Positions 5,775 to 6,185 of a DNA stretch of 6,185 bases are shown here, one piece after another. A program made the position numbers and the translations under genes. Numbering within the stretch: position 1 is the first letter of the stretch; each line of letters starts with the position of its first letter. The notes under the pieces were generated by a model that had not been told where the DNA came from, did not search any database, and was given only the letters and a program-made list of their open reading frames with translations. This stretch comes from a virus (lineage: Duplodnaviria > Heunggongvirae > Uroviricota > Caudoviricetes). Location: the IMG/VR virus record IMGVR_UViG_2778261570_000026, one strand, 5' to 3'.

Positions 5775-5880
5775 CCACCCTTCCGAAAAATCTCATAAAC
5801 AGCGCGTTTTTGCGCGTCCCATGACCCCCGGTGTTTCATTTTCCAGGAAGGACCCGCCACAATTACGGCATTGTTTCCCA
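5775..5880 (-). repeat. Right copy (inverted orientation) of the repeat flanking the Nu1-like gene
   Basis: Reverse complement of 5793-5838 matches 5065-5110 at 40 of 46 positions. Flanking similarity is weaker (about 17 of 30 in the outer arm). Confidence 0.6.
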
Positions 5881-5900
5881 TCATCACGGAGGCCATGACA

Positions 5901-6185
5901 ATGACCGAAGCCGAAATGCTCAAAATGATTCGCCGCGTTACCGGAGCCAACCAGGCAGCAGGCAAACAGGAGGCCACGCAGCCGGACAGCGTGATAGCCG
6001 AAAATTACGCGCGTGTGGTGGCTGAGGTGATGCGCCGTGACGGTATTGAGCTTAACGGCGTGGATATGCGCAATATATGCACCAGAGTTCTGGAGATGTT
6101 GTCATACCGTCGCCGCGTGCAGATGTACCAGGAGAAAGAAAAAATTACTTACCACTGGAAGAAGCCGGAGCGGTTACGACGTTAA
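5901..6185 (+). CDS. Hypothetical protein (94 aa)
   Basis: ORF is in frame from 5871, but GGAGG (5888-5892) gives a good spacer only for ATG 5901; ATG 5895 is 2 nt after the SD. Stop TAA is at 6183-6185, the window edge. No recognisable family. Confidence 0.5.
   Translation: MTEAEMLKMIRRVTGANQAAGKQEATQPDSVIAENYARVVAEVMRRDGIELNGVDMRNICTRVLEMLSYRRRVQMYQEKEKITYHWKKPERLRR

Noticed and set aside
5895-5900. Alternative start at ATG 5895 for the last ORF
   Set aside because: It lies only 2 nt after the GGAGG Shine-Dalgarno; ATG 5901 has an 8-nt spacer. The true start is still uncertain by two codons.
5651-5977. Minus-strand ORF of 108 aa across the AT-rich spacer and right inverted repeat; also plus-strand ORF 5831-6025
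   Set aside because: No RBS, crosses repeat and AT-rich non-coding DNA, and overlaps the better-supported 5901-6185 gene in another frame.
1-6185. tRNA, att site or integrase signatures marking an island boundary
   Set aside because: No tRNA-like cloverleaf, integrase gene or long direct repeat suggestive of attL/attR was found; the boundaries are probably outside the window.

Overview
All well-supported genes lie on the + strand, and the window reads as a compact segment of a mobile element (phage, phage satellite or phage-plasmid-like) in an enterobacterial-looking background. Left half is a replication module: a 99-aa ORF (84-383) translationally coupled to a RepA-like P-loop replication NTPase (380-1795), followed by an iteron-rich origin (1794-1990), a small ORF coupled to an SSB (2245-2667), and back-to-back terminator hairpins. 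Right half is a morphogenesis/packaging module: an operator-dense promoter, a 68-aa ORF, a lambda gpE-family major capsid protein (3131-4186), a gpD-like decoration protein (4197-4526), a 141-aa protein with an internal duplication, a terminator, then a Nu1-like winged-HTH gene (5178-5618) bracketed by two inverted copies of a ~100-bp repeat, and a final small ORF. The most interesting aspect is the architecture: lambda-type capsid genes sit directly beside an iteron replicon and a stand-alone TerS-like gene, with no portal, protease, scaffold or large terminase gene anywhere in the window. This fits a capsid-encoding, packaging-hijacking satellite-like element, but that is inference. No rRNA, tRNA or CRISPR array was seen. 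Protein assignments rest on reading the translations against remembered reference sequences, not on a database search.
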